From contig DJIF01000054.1 in the NCBI GenBank assembly GCA_002433485.1, forward strand, positions 1,158-65,157: a stretch of DNA of 64,000 nt. The letters are read 5' to 3'. A program made the position numbers and the translations under genes. The DNA comes from Deltaproteobacteria bacterium UBA6601 (lineage in GTDB: Bacteria; Myxococcota_A; UBA796; UBA9615). Below the pieces are notes generated by a model. That model was given only the letters and a program-made list of their open reading frames with translations. It was not told the DNA's origin and ran no database searches. Below, in pieces: positions 31,649-41,174 of the stretch (positions are counted from its first letter, which is position 1; the number at the start of each line of letters is the position of its first letter).

Positions 31649-33156
31649 GGGCTCGCCTCCAGCACTCGCAGGGCCTGCTCCCGGTCATCAAAGGGATGCT
31701 GAACTCCATCAATTTCCTGATAGCTCTCATGACCTTTACCGGCGATCAGCACCACCTCACCCTCACGGGAAGAAATGATAGCTTCCCTGATAGCAGAGGC
31801 CCGATCGACCACCCGACAATACTGTGCGGAGGAGCCTTTCAGGCCCTGCTCCATGGCATCGAGGATTGCTTCCGGATCTTCACCCCTTGGATTGTCTGAA
31901 GTGAGCCAGACAAAATCCGCACCTTCCGCTGCCGCCCTGGCCATCAGCGGGCGCTTGCCCTGATCACGCTCGCCGCCACAGCCACAGACAATCACCAGGC
32001 GGTCAGGATTCAAGCTGCGTAGGGCTTGCAGCGTTTCTGAAATGGCCGCAGGAGAGTGCGCATAATCGACCAGAATGAGCGGTCCTCGGCCATCCTCGCG
32101 ACGCACAGCCTCAAGACGGCCGCGCGCGCCGACCGCAGCCGCGATTCCCTGCTCAACAGAGCGGCGCTTAATTCCAGCGGCAAGGGCACAACCCGCCGCG
32201 AGCAGGCAGTTCGCCAGGTTGTGTCGTCCGAGCAGAGGACTGCTGAGCTGCAGCCGCTCGGTGCGATACGCCAGGGAGACCCGCAGGCCATCAAGGTCCA
32301 AGACCGGCTCAGCAACCGGCGCCAGGTCTGCGCGTCCGGCCGCCACCGCTCCAGGCTGGGCAGAGACCCGCAAGGTACGATGCCAATCCTGCCCATGAGC
32401 CGCGACCACCGGATCGTCCACATTAAGCACTGCCGTAGCAGCCTCAGTTCCCCAGCTTGGCAACCATTCGGTAAGCAGCAGCGCCTTCGCACGCTCATAG
32501 CTGAGCAGATCGCCATGGTAATCCAGGTGATCCCGACTCAAATTGCTCCACCCAGCCACATCCAGCTGCAACCCCGCAGTACGACCTTGATGAAGGGCAT
32601 GAGAGCTCAATTCGAGAGCAACCGCCTCTACCCCATCCTCGGCCATTCGCCCCAACCAGCGATAAAAAGTCGGCCCCTCAGGAGTGGTATGGGTTGCCTG
32701 GTGATCCTGGGCACCGTTCAGACCCTGCCAGGAGATACCGGTCGTCCCCAGGCTGCCACCGCGCAGACCCGCCGCCGCAAAGATCGAACGCAGGATTGCC
32801 ACGGTACTGGTCTTACCGTTGGTTCCAGTAACGGCAATCACTCGCATGGACTCGGCAGGATCGCCGCACAGGGCAGAGGAGACCAGCGCCAAAGCGCGTC
32901 GCGGGTCCTGAACCTGCAATCCCACCACCTGGTCAGGCCAGGCTGCCGGCCAACGAGACAACAACACTGCAGCGGCGCCACGCTTGAGAGCCTCAGCGAT
33001 AAAGCGGTGACCATCGGTGGTGCTGCCGTCGATCGCGGCAAATATACTGCCTGCCCGCACCTGTCGGGAGTCTGCGGTCGCAGCCCTGATGTCGACGTCA
33101 AGCGGCCCCCGGCGTGCCAGCGGACTTAGGCGTGCTTCAAGCGCCGACAGCATCAC
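31645..33156 (-). CDS. murE: UDP-MurNAc-dipeptide--meso-diaminopimelate ligase
   Basis: VTGTNGKTS, HTTP, ELSSH, DHLDYH, VDYAH, GCGG, DNPR (mDAP-specificity motif), GKGHE. Confidence 0.96.
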   Translation of the reverse strand: MMLSALEARLSPLARRGPLDVDIRAATADSRQVRAGSIFAAIDGSTTDGHRFIAEALKRGAAAVLLSRWPAAWPDQVVGLQVQDPRRALALVSSALCGDPAESMRVIAVTGTNGKTSTVAILRSIFAAAGLRGGSLGTTGISWQGLNGAQDHQATHTTPEGPTFYRWLGRMAEDGVEAVALELSSHALHQGRTAGLQLDVAGWSNLSRDHLDYHGDLLSYERAKALLLTEWLPSWGTEAATAVLNVDDPVVAAHGQDWHRTLRVSAQPGAVAAGRADLAPVAEPVLDLDGLRVSLAYRTERLQLSSPLLGRHNLANCLLAAGCALAAGIKRRSVEQGIAAAVGARGRLEAVRREDGRGPLILVDYAHSPAAISETLQALRSLNPDRLVIVCGCGGERDQGKRPLMARAAAEGADFVWLTSDNPRGEDPEAILDAMEQGLKGSSAQYCRVVDRASAIREAIISSREGEVVLIAGKGHESYQEIDGVQHPFDDREQALRVLEASP

Positions 33157-35309
33157 CGTCTCAGCGACTCCAGTTGGCTACCCGCAACCAGAGCCAGGCG
33201 TACCAACTGCCCCTCTCCAAATCGAACCCCAGGGGCGGGTTCCTGCTCCCCCACAAGACCTGAGCCGAGCAACTGAACCTCAACTCCGGCAGGCACCAGG
33301 ACCCGAGCGGCGTCGCGCAGACTCAAACCGCGTAGATCTGGCATCAACCACCCAGGGTCAAGGCTCTCGTCAGTGGCAGCGACAACCAGGGTCGGCAGCT
33401 CGACGCCACGCGCACGCTCTGCTTGCAGCTGCTGGGCATGCGCCCTCCGCGCCTGGCGCTGTGCCAACACCTTGGCCGGCAGCTCCTTATCAGGCGCCAC
33501 CCCCAACTCCTGCAGCGCATAAGTCGCCACCTCCTTGAAGACCGGTCCGGCAGCGGTGCCACCAAAGTGACGAAAGCCCTTATTGGTGGGTTCATCTATG
33601 ACGGTCAGGACAACGATGCGCGGATCGTCGCGCGGGGCAAAGCCGATGAAAGATGAAACATAGAGGTTGGGAGCATAGCGACCATCCCGAACCTTCTGAG
33701 CGGTACCTGTCTTACCGCCAGCGGTGTACTCATCAAGCGCCGCCCGAGTCCCGGTTCCGCCCTTCTCCACCACACCACCGAGCATGACTCGCATCTGCTC
33801 GCTGACCTCAGCAGAAATAAGCCGCTCCCCCTGACCTTCAGGGCGACGACTCTCCAACAGGGTGCCGTCCCGGCCGCGGACTTCTGTAATGACGTGTGGC
33901 TGGACCCGATGACCGCCGTTAACCAGCGCAGCAAAGGCAGCTGTCAGCTGAACTCCAGTAACCGCCATGCCCTGGCCAAAGCAATGATTGGCGAAACCGA
34001 TCCGCGACCAGCGTGAAGATGGATGCAGAATTCCGGCCTCTTCACCCCACACATCAATGCCGGTCCGCGCGCCAAAACCAAAGCGGCGAAACATCGCCTC
34101 AAGAGCGGGCGGGCCAAGCCGCTCACCGAGCTTGGCAGTGCCGATGTTCGAAGAATACTTAAGGACCTCCGACACGGTGATGTTGGCGTAGGCGTGGGTG
34201 TCATGGATCGTCCGCCGGCCGATGCGAAAAGCACCCTTCTCGCAATAGACCTCTTCCTCAGGAGTAGCGAGTTCCTCTTCCAGGACCTCGGCGAGCACAA
34301 AGGCTTTCATGGTGGAGCCTGGTTCAAACGAGTCACTAATCGCCCGATTTCGGCGTTGGTCTCGGCTCGACTGACGAAAGCTGTTGGGGTCGTAACTGGG
34401 AGCAGAGGCACTGGCCAACACCGCTCCACTGCGAGCATCCAGAACCAAAACTGAGCCCGCCTTAGCTTCGGCTCGCTCAATGGCGGCGGCCAGAGACTGC
34501 TCAGTACGATGCTGAATGTTGTGATCAATGCTGAGCACGAGGGTATCTCCCTCGGTCGATTGACGACCCAGCACAGCGGCATGACTGAGTGCACGACGGC
34601 GACCATCGCGAAAGGTCCGATACTGATAGGTATCGCCCATCATCAGGTCGTTGTAACGAGCCTCTATGCCCTCCAGACCGATGCCATCAATCCCTACAAA
34701 GCCCAGCAACTGGGATGCCAGCGCCCCTGAAGGATATTCCCGCTTCGCTTCTGAGGTGAGATGCACTCCAGGAATGTCCAGTGCTCTAATCTGCTCGGAG
34801 ATTTGATGCGGCAGCTGCCGCGCCAACCAAACGAAACGCGAGCCTTCGCGGGACAGACGAGCCTGCAGATCCTCAAGATCACGATCAACAAAGGGAGCCA
34901 ACAACTCAGCCGCAGCAGCAGGGTCTTCGACCCGAGCAGGGTCCGCAAACAGGCTCTGCACATCGACGGAAACGGCCAGCGGCCGACCAAGTCGATCAAC
35001 AATGCTACCCCGCTTGGGGGCCACCTTAATGACTGCCTCATGCTGACCGGCGAGCAATCGATCGAGGCGCAGGTTCGGCCCCATAACCAGCCAACTGACC
35101 CGGCCGAGAATCACCAGCCAGAACAACAGAAACAAAACCATCACCGCGGAAAGTCGCAGATTGATGGCGAAATTCTCCGGTGGCAGGAAGCCGTCAACTC
35201 GCCGCATGGCGCCGCTCATCTCGGTGCGTCGGCGCTTGTGCTGAACGCGGTTGTGGCGCAAACCTCCCGGCGGAGTTGGGCGACGATAGCTGCCCGACCG
35301 GGTCGTCAC
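33153..35309 (-). CDS. ftsI: Class B penicillin-binding protein FtsI (PBP3) with C-terminal PASTA domain
   Basis: RGSIVDR, EPGSTMK (SxxK), SSN, KTGTAQK; C-terminal MPDLRGLSLRDA...GSG.V..Q.P PASTA. Confidence 0.95.
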   Translation of the reverse strand: MTTRSGSYRRPTPPGGLRHNRVQHKRRRTEMSGAMRRVDGFLPPENFAINLRLSAVMVLFLLFWLVILGRVSWLVMGPNLRLDRLLAGQHEAVIKVAPKRGSIVDRLGRPLAVSVDVQSLFADPARVEDPAAAAELLAPFVDRDLEDLQARLSREGSRFVWLARQLPHQISEQIRALDIPGVHLTSEAKREYPSGALASQLLGFVGIDGIGLEGIEARYNDLMMGDTYQYRTFRDGRRRALSHAAVLGRQSTEGDTLVLSIDHNIQHRTEQSLAAAIERAEAKAGSVLVLDARSGAVLASASAPSYDPNSFRQSSRDQRRNRAISDSFEPGSTMKAFVLAEVLEEELATPEEEVYCEKGAFRIGRRTIHDTHAYANITVSEVLKYSSNIGTAKLGERLGPPALEAMFRRFGFGARTGIDVWGEEAGILHPSSRWSRIGFANHCFGQGMAVTGVQLTAAFAALVNGGHRVQPHVITEVRGRDGTLLESRRPEGQGERLISAEVSEQMRVMLGGVVEKGGTGTRAALDEYTAGGKTGTAQKVRDGRYAPNLYVSSFIGFAPRDDPRIVVLTVIDEPTNKGFRHFGGTAAGPVFKEVATYALQELGVAPDKELPAKVLAQRQARRAHAQQLQAERARGVELPTLVVAATDESLDPGWLMPDLRGLSLRDAARVLVPAGVEVQLLGSGLVGEQEPAPGVRFGEGQLVRLALVAGSQLESLRR

Positions 35310-35635
35310 TGGCCCTGCTCCCCACCGAGTGCTCGACTCAATGCTTCAGGGTTCTCGGTTACCACCACAACCTGCCCTGCCGCCGGCGCCGCCAGGCCCA
35401 ACTGCGGGGCAAGATTTTCAAGGTAAGCAGGGGCGCGCAGTTCAGCCAGTTCAGCACGCAGGCGGCGCTGATCGTTAGCGAGCTTATCGTCCTCCTTAAC
35501 GAGATCGCTGATCTGATACGTGATCTGAACCGTCTCCATCTTCGCCCAGGCCACAAAAATGAGCGATATGGCCACTGCCACTGAGGTGATCAGAGCTCCG
35601 CCAAATCGCACCGTTTGCTTCATCTCAGAACTCAT
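35306..35635 (-). CDS. ftsL: Cell division protein FtsL
   Basis: Between rsmH and ftsI; short N-terminus, one TM, coiled-coil heptads (LRAELAELRAP..LE..A..LGL). Confidence 0.85.
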   Translation of the reverse strand: MSSEMKQTVRFGGALITSVAVAISLIFVAWAKMETVQITYQISDLVKEDDKLANDQRRLRAELAELRAPAYLENLAPQLGLAAPAAGQVVVVTENPEALSRALGGEQGQ

Positions 35636-36616
35636 CTAAGCCTCCCCTTCCACAGCCAGAACCTCAGCCACACGCAGACGGGCACTACGTGCTCTGGGGT
35701 TTGCCTCAAGCTCTGCCTGGCTGGCGGTAATCCCCTTTCGACCCAATAGACGAACTCGCGCCGACTCCCCACAGACACAGACCGGCAGGCTCGAAGGACA
35801 GCTGCAAGAACTGGCCAGAGAGGCGAGGTGACGCTTGACCACTCGGTCCTCACCAGAATGAAAGGAAATCAACGCCAACCGCCCCCTGGGGGCAAGCCAC
35901 TCCAGAGCCGACTGCAACAGATGATGCAGCTCTCCAGCCTCATCATTGAGGGCCATACGCAGCGCTTGAAAGGTCCGCGTAGCCGGGTGCTTCCTGGCCC
36001 CTCGACGCCCTCCGAGGGCACGCGAGACAACCTCAGCAAGGTCAGCCGTTCTGGCAAAGGGCCGCTGCTGTCGGCGTTGGGTAATGGCACGCGCAATACG
36101 GCGCGACTTGGGCTCATCGCCCAACCGATAGATCAAGTCAGCCAGGGCCAGCTCATCAGTATTGTTCACCAGATCAGCGGCAGTGGAGCCGGTGCTCCGA
36201 TCCATGCGCATGTCCAGCGGACCGTCGTGGGCAAACGAAAAGCCCCGTCCTGCAGTGTCCAACTGATGAGAAGAAACCCCCAGATCGGCAAGAATTCCGT
36301 CGACCGTAGCAGGCTCAATAGCACGCGCTCGCAGGACCTCAGAGAGCCGCGACATAGGCGAATGAACCACCTCAAAGCTAGCGGCGACAGCACCAGCTGC
36401 CACCTCAGCAAGGCGTTTCCGCGCAGCACTTACCGCATCCAGGTCCCGATCCAGTGCGATGAGACGGCCCCCGACGCCCAACTCGGCGAGAATCGCTGCG
36501 CTGTGCCCGCCGCCGCCCGCAGTGACGTCCACATAGAGCCCCTCAGGGCGAAGGGCCAGGGCAGAGACGCTCTCTTCAAGCAGGACACTGCGATGCTCGA
36601 ATCGGGTCTCGGCCAT
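35636..36616 (-). CDS. rsmH: 16S rRNA m4C1402 methyltransferase RsmH (MraW)
   Basis: HRSVLL, DVTAGGGGHS, DLGVSS, RGFSF, PLDMRMD, HPATRTFQALR, SFHS.ED, NPRARSARLR; start at MAETRFEH (36616). Confidence 0.96.
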   Translation of the reverse strand: MAETRFEHRSVLLEESVSALALRPEGLYVDVTAGGGGHSAAILAELGVGGRLIALDRDLDAVSAARKRLAEVAAGAVAASFEVVHSPMSRLSEVLRARAIEPATVDGILADLGVSSHQLDTAGRGFSFAHDGPLDMRMDRSTGSTAADLVNNTDELALADLIYRLGDEPKSRRIARAITQRRQQRPFARTADLAEVVSRALGGRRGARKHPATRTFQALRMALNDEAGELHHLLQSALEWLAPRGRLALISFHSGEDRVVKRHLASLASSCSCPSSLPVCVCGESARVRLLGRKGITASQAELEANPRARSARLRVAEVLAVEGEA

Positions 36617-36621
36617 CGGCC

Positions 36622-37095
36622 CTAAAGGTCCTCGCCTTCGTCCTCTGGATCGAAGGCCAGCAACTGCTCCATCCCAACACCCTCCTGGACAGCCTCCAGG
36701 GCCTGCTCCTGACGCCGACTCCAGGCCGCTGCGTCCCAGATCTCGATGAGGCCCAGGTAGGACAGAACCACGCAGTTCTTGACCAGTCCTGCGCGCCGCC
36801 TCAGCGGAGCGGGAACCAGAATCCGCCCCTGTCCGTCTGCTTCGACCTCCGCCGCTCCAGCGACGTAGGCGTGCAGGAACTGGCGGCTCTTGCGATCGAA
36901 TAGAGAAACCCCAGCGAAGCGCCGCTCCATCTTGGCCCAACGACTCTGGGCAAAGCCCTGCAGGCCGCCATCCCAATAGGCCAGCACCAGACCGGGCTCG
37001 CCGCACTCGAGCATCCGCTCGCGCAGCCGCACCGGTAGCGGCAGACGTCCCTTGGCGTCCATACGGACCTCGAACTGCCCGCGAACCTGAAACAT
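36622..37095 (-). CDS. mraZ: Transcriptional regulator MraZ
   Basis: Two AbrB-like repeats DAKGRL and DGQGRI, IEIW; first gene of the dcw cluster. Confidence 0.95.
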   Translation of the reverse strand: MFQVRGQFEVRMDAKGRLPLPVRLRERMLECGEPGLVLAYWDGGLQGFAQSRWAKMERRFAGVSLFDRKSRQFLHAYVAGAAEVEADGQGRILVPAPLRRRAGLVKNCVVLSYLGLIEIWDAAAWSRRQEQALEAVQEGVGMEQLLAFDPEDEGEDL

Positions 37096-37132
37096 GCATC
37101 TCCGGGGTCAGCCTCAACACAACACCACCACG

Positions 37133-37156
37133 CCACAATTCCCCACGTATCGCCAC
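37133..37156 (-). promoter_or_regulatory. MraZ-binding direct repeats (GTGG-N6-GTGG-N6-GTGG)
   Basis: CCAC at 37133, 37143 and 37153 on the + strand, exact 10-bp period, just upstream of mraZ. Confidence 0.8.
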
Positions 37157-37183
37157 TATATGAAGCGCCGATCAGGAGGGCAA
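37155..37183 (-). promoter_or_regulatory. Sigma70-type dcw (mraZ) promoter
   Basis: Minus strand TTGCCC (37183-37178), 17 nt, TATAGT (37160-37155); the -10 overlaps the first GTGG repeat. Confidence 0.65.
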
Positions 37184-37318
37184 TGGTCGTTTTAAAGAAA
37201 TTTGATACCTTGGATGATAGCATAGTCAGCGAACGGTCCTTCAACTTGATAGCTCACTTGCTACCAAGGTCACTCTAAGCTGCAGATTCGTGCTGCTATG
37301 AGGTTTGCAGGAGCCCGC

Positions 37319-37798
37319 TTAACGAGGCTTGCGCGCTCGATCCATCTCTCTACGCGCGTCCTTGGCCTTTTGATCATGGCGCTTGTCATGGAGCTTCTTG
37401 CCACGGCCCAGGCCGATCTCCAACTTGGCCCGACCGCGCCTGAAATAGAGTCGCATCGGGACCAACGTATAGCCCTGTCGCGAGATCTTGCCGATCAGGC
37501 GCTGAATCTCCTTCTTGTGCAGCAGCAACTTACGGGGCCGCAGAGGGTCGTGATTCTGCCGATTGGCCTGCTCATACGGCGGTACATGGACATCCACCAA
37601 AAACGCCTCACCGTCTTCCAGCCGAACGTAACCCTCGGTGATCGAGACCCGCCCACCTCGCAGCGACTTCACCTCCGAACCAAGCAGAACCAGACCCGCC
37701 TCGACCGTGTCCTCGATGTGGAATCGATGACGCGCCTTCTTATTGACCGCAATGGTCTTGATCCCGCCTTCTCCTAAGCTCCTGCCCGCTTTCGCCAT
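37319..37798 (-). CDS. smpB: SsrA-binding protein SmpB
   Basis: NKKARH, EAGLVLLGSEVKSLR, RKLLLHKKEI, LGRGKKLHDKR. Confidence 0.97.
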   Translation of the reverse strand: MAKAGRSLGEGGIKTIAVNKKARHRFHIEDTVEAGLVLLGSEVKSLRGGRVSITEGYVRLEDGEAFLVDVHVPPYEQANRQNHDPLRPRKLLLHKKEIQRLIGKISRQGYTLVPMRLYFRRGRAKLEIGLGRGKKLHDKRHDQKAKDARREMDRARKPR

Positions 37799-37844
37799 AG
37801 CGAGGGCAGGCTAACAGAGCGCGCCGACCCGGGCACCCTTCGCG

Positions 37845-37873
37845 TTGACAGCATTGTGGGTGCCGTGTTTGAT
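37845..37873 (+). promoter_or_regulatory. Candidate sigma70 promoter for the tlpA-vkor/dsbA-prmA unit
   Basis: TTGACA (37845-37850), 17 nt ending in TG, TTTGAT (37868-37873); ATG only 11 nt further on. Confidence 0.35.
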
Positions 37874-37884
37874 CCGGCTCGCCC

Positions 37885-38856
37885 ATGCGCCCTTGTAATA
37901 CGCTGTTCTTCATCCTGCTGACCGCTGTGATGTCGGTACTCGTGTCCTGTTCCGCAGACAAGGAGGAGGACCCCTGGGCAGCAGAGTCCCGGAAGGGCTC
38001 TGCCCCGGCCACCGCAGGCTTTGGTGAAGGTGACTTTGACGGACCCCAGCGCAAAGACCAACGCGGGACGCCGCCACCAAGAGGCCCAGACACCGGCGGC
38101 GACCAACGCAGCGGCTCGGATCTGAGCGGCCCTGAAGACTGCAACGACGGCGTCGACAACGACGGCAACGGTGCCGCGGACTGCGAAGACAGCGGCTGCG
38201 CGGCGGACCCAGGCTGTCAGGACGATCCGAGCAAAGGCTATGAGCCCGAACTGGGTTTTGAAGATTGTGACAACGAGAAAGACGACGACAAAGACCGAGA
38301 GACCGACTGTGAGGACGACGACTGCAAGGACGATCCCAGCTGCAACTCGGACCGGGCCCCCGGCCAAGCACCCACGGTAGCCCCAGAGTTGCTGGCCGCG
38401 GTAAGCGAGCTGCCGGTCGGCGGTCAGTTAGGCATGCGAGCGCCCCAGCTTGACCTGCCCTTCCTCGGCCGCCGAGGTCGACAGACCCTGAAAGAGCTGC
38501 GCGGCAACATCGTGGTACTCAACTTCTGGGCGTCCTGGTGCCGACCCTGTCGCAAAGAGACCCCAGCTCTGGAACTCACCTGGCAGCTGTACCGGGAGCG
38601 TGACGTTGTGGTCATTGGGGTGTCCATTGATGAGGAGGAGGACGACGCAGGCGAATTCCTGGGCAGCTTCCCGGTCTCCTACCCGATGGTCTTGGACCGG
38701 GGCGGTGAGGCTGCTGAACGTGACTGGCAGGTCAAGTCGGTACCGACGCTCATCCTGATTGATCGAGCCGGCAGGATCCGCGAGCGACACATGGGCTACA
38801 GTCCGGCCCTCATGCGCAAGACAGTCGTGACCATTGACCAGCTCCTGGAGGAATAG
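37885..38856 (+). CDS. TlpA/ResA-like thiol-disulfide oxidoreductase lipoprotein with two N-terminal Cys/Asp-rich repeats
   Basis: Lipobox LVSC; EDCNDGVDNDGNGAADCEDSGC and EDCDNEKDDDKDRETDCEDDDC; VLNFWASWCRPCRKE and cis-Pro VPT. Confidence 0.85.
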   Translation: MRPCNTLFFILLTAVMSVLVSCSADKEEDPWAAESRKGSAPATAGFGEGDFDGPQRKDQRGTPPPRGPDTGGDQRSGSDLSGPEDCNDGVDNDGNGAADCEDSGCAADPGCQDDPSKGYEPELGFEDCDNEKDDDKDRETDCEDDDCKDDPSCNSDRAPGQAPTVAPELLAAVSELPVGGQLGMRAPQLDLPFLGRRGRQTLKELRGNIVVLNFWASWCRPCRKETPALELTWQLYRERDVVVIGVSIDEEEDDAGEFLGSFPVSYPMVLDRGGEAAERDWQVKSVPTLILIDRAGRIRERHMGYSPALMRKTVVTIDQLLEE

Positions 38857-38860
38857 AGAG

Positions 38861-40198
38861 ATGCTGAAGAAGGCCAGCCCCATCGCCCTGCTGGCCCTCG
38901 CCTGTGCGGGGATGCTGCTGGGGATGACCCTTACGGCCCGACATTACGACCTCAACCACGCGCCGCCCGGACCGGCCACCGCGGTCCTAGGCTTCGAGGG
39001 CATGTGCGGGGCAGGAGGTGGCTGCGCCGAGGTGAATACAAGCCGCTATGCCAGCATCTCACTGGGCGTTGAGCGACCCGCAATACCGGTCTCAGTGCCG
39101 GCCGTTGGATTCTTCCTGATGCTTGCGCTGCTCGCTGGCCTGGCGCTGCGCAACGACAGCAAAAGGCGCGCAAAGTATCTCGCACTGACCGCTGCAGCCT
39201 GCGTCCCTGCGCTCTGCTTTGCCCTTTATCTGCTAGCCGTCCAGGCCTTCGTCATCAGCCGGTTCTGTCCCTACTGCATCGCTCTCGATGCAGTCACGGC
39301 ACTGAGCCTCGGCTTCGCCTTCATCGGCCATGGCGGCGGAGTTGGCGGAATCTTACAGGACCTGAGCACCAGCTCAGCCAGCCTGCTTGGGGCTGCACTG
39401 CTAGTCCTGCTCGGCGGGAACTACCTCGCCTACAATAGCTACGTGGGCTGGATTGAAGATGGAGAGTCAAAAGCTCATCGGGAAAGCGGCCATAAGGACA
39501 GCAAGCACCACCAACACGAGCGAGCTCCGACCAATGACGCAGAGGCCCTCGAAGCAGCCCGCAAAGCGGTCGCCGAATTCATTGAAAGCTATCCAAACCT
39601 GGAAGTCCGTGACCTGGTCACCAACCTATTCGATGGCAGCAAGGGGCAGCTGGAAGGTGGCATCGTCGTCACCGAATTCGCCGACTTCGATTGCCCCCAC
39701 TGCAAGCTGGCCGGCTTCTACTTGAAAGACATTGCCCACCGCTACGGTGACCGGGTCGGCTTTGTATTCAAGAACTATCCGCTGGGGACCTCCTGCAACG
39801 ACAACCTCAAACGAGATGTGCATCCGGATGCATGCGAAGCGGCCATCGCAGTCCAGTGTGGTCGCCGACAGGGTGCATTCTGGCCCTTCCATGACCTGAT
39901 CTTTGATCATCAGGGCTCTCTGGGAAGCGACAGAATGCGCTCCATCGCAGCCGAACTTCAGCTCAACACTGAGACCTTCGAGGAGTGTCTAGAGAAAGAC
40001 AGCATCCTCAACGAAGTGAAGGAGCAGATTGCCCAGGGTAGAGATGCTGGTCTCACGGGCACCCCAACGTTCTTTGTCAACGGCAAGATGCTGCCCAGCG
40101 CCCATCCCCTGTTTGTTGAAGCCGCCATCAGGTGGGAGCTGGTCGAGCGGGGCGAGACCGAGCTTCCCGAAGACAGCGATGGCATCTTCCCCCGCTGA
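38861..40198 (+). CDS. VKOR-DsbA fusion disulfide-bond formation protein
   Basis: VKOR loop C-x5-C..V..S.YA, TM helices and FCPYC; C-terminal DsbA domain EFADFDCPHC, YPL...CN, GTPTFFVNG. Confidence 0.88.
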   Translation: MLKKASPIALLALACAGMLLGMTLTARHYDLNHAPPGPATAVLGFEGMCGAGGGCAEVNTSRYASISLGVERPAIPVSVPAVGFFLMLALLAGLALRNDSKRRAKYLALTAAACVPALCFALYLLAVQAFVISRFCPYCIALDAVTALSLGFAFIGHGGGVGGILQDLSTSSASLLGAALLVLLGGNYLAYNSYVGWIEDGESKAHRESGHKDSKHHQHERAPTNDAEALEAARKAVAEFIESYPNLEVRDLVTNLFDGSKGQLEGGIVVTEFADFDCPHCKLAGFYLKDIAHRYGDRVGFVFKNYPLGTSCNDNLKRDVHPDACEAAIAVQCGRRQGAFWPFHDLIFDHQGSLGSDRMRSIAAELQLNTETFEECLEKDSILNEVKEQIAQGRDAGLTGTPTFFVNGKMLPSAHPLFVEAAIRWELVERGETELPEDSDGIFPR

Positions 40199-41174
40199 CT
40201 CAAGCGCTGATTGCAGCTGGTGGGAGCTGTCCCTCACCCTGGCTGACAGCGACGGAGCGACAGTGAGCGGACTGTTGCTGGAACTGGGGGCGCTTGGCCT
40301 GCAAGAAGACCATAGAGGACTCCACTTCGAGATCGACCAGGACGGTCCCATTGTCAGCGGCGACCCACGCTCCTGGACTCCGCCCCTGCCCAAGAACCCG
40401 GACCAGGAACTGGAACTGCGGGCCTGGTTCGATGGCAAGCGAGAGCGAGAGCAGCTGCTGGCCGACCTAAAAGCATGTCTGCACGGCATTGCGCCGGCCC
40501 CCCTAGCACTGACCCTGAAGCCCATCGCTCAGCAAGACTGGAACGCCACCTGGAAGGCAGGCTTCGAAGCATTCTCCCTGTCCAAAAGGCTGCGAGTGGT
40601 CCCGTCATGGACGGAAGAAGCCCAGCCGGCCGCTACGACCGCGCTGCGCCTGGACCCCGGCCTCGCTTTCGGCACTGGAACCCACTTCACCACCGCAGGC
40701 TGCTGCCAGCTCCTGGATAGTTTGCTGGAGTCATGGTCTGGCCCCCGGCCAAATGTGCTCGACGTAGGCACCGGAACTGGGATCCTCGCCCTCGCTGCCC
40801 TGGCCCTGGGAGCCAAACGCGCGGTTGCTGTCGATGCCGACCCACAAGCGATCAGCGCCGCTGCTGAGAACGCTGCTGAGAACGACCTTGTCGACCGCAT
40901 TGAGCTCTACCAGGGCGGACCAGAGTCTGCTCCGGCCGAACAGTTCCCGATTGTCTTCGCCAACCTCATCGCGCCAGTCCTCATCGACCTAGCCGACTCC
41001 TTGTGTTCTCGCTTGGCCCCGGGCGGTGGGCTGATCATCAGTGGCATCCTCTGCCATCAGGAGAAGGCGGTAGTTGACTGTTTTGCCCAACGCCACCTGG
41101 ACCAGGAACAACGACTCTGTGATGACGAGTGGGTGGCGCTGCTGCTTCGTTGTACTCGGGAGCATGGACCATGA
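40179..41174 (+). CDS. prmA: Ribosomal protein L11 methyltransferase
   Basis: DWNATWK, VPSW, LDPGLAFGTGTH.TT, VLDVGTGTGILA, ANL, SGIL. Confidence 0.93.
   Translation: MASSPADSSADCSWWELSLTLADSDGATVSGLLLELGALGLQEDHRGLHFEIDQDGPIVSGDPRSWTPPLPKNPDQELELRAWFDGKREREQLLADLKACLHGIAPAPLALTLKPIAQQDWNATWKAGFEAFSLSKRLRVVPSWTEEAQPAATTALRLDPGLAFGTGTHFTTAGCCQLLDSLLESWSGPRPNVLDVGTGTGILALAALALGAKRAVAVDADPQAISAAAENAAENDLVDRIELYQGGPESAPAEQFPIVFANLIAPVLIDLADSLCSRLAPGGGLIISGILCHQEKAVVDCFAQRHLDQEQRLCDDEWVALLLRCTREHGP

Noticed and set aside
36617..37156. 180-aa N-terminal extension of RsmH in the ORF track (506 aa)
   Set aside because: Overlaps mraZ in another frame and its promoter; RsmH homology starts at MAETRFEH (36616).
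37096..37318. Possible tmRNA (ssrA) next to smpB
   Set aside because: Gap is too short and lacks tRNA-like ends and a tag reading frame; it holds the dcw promoter instead.
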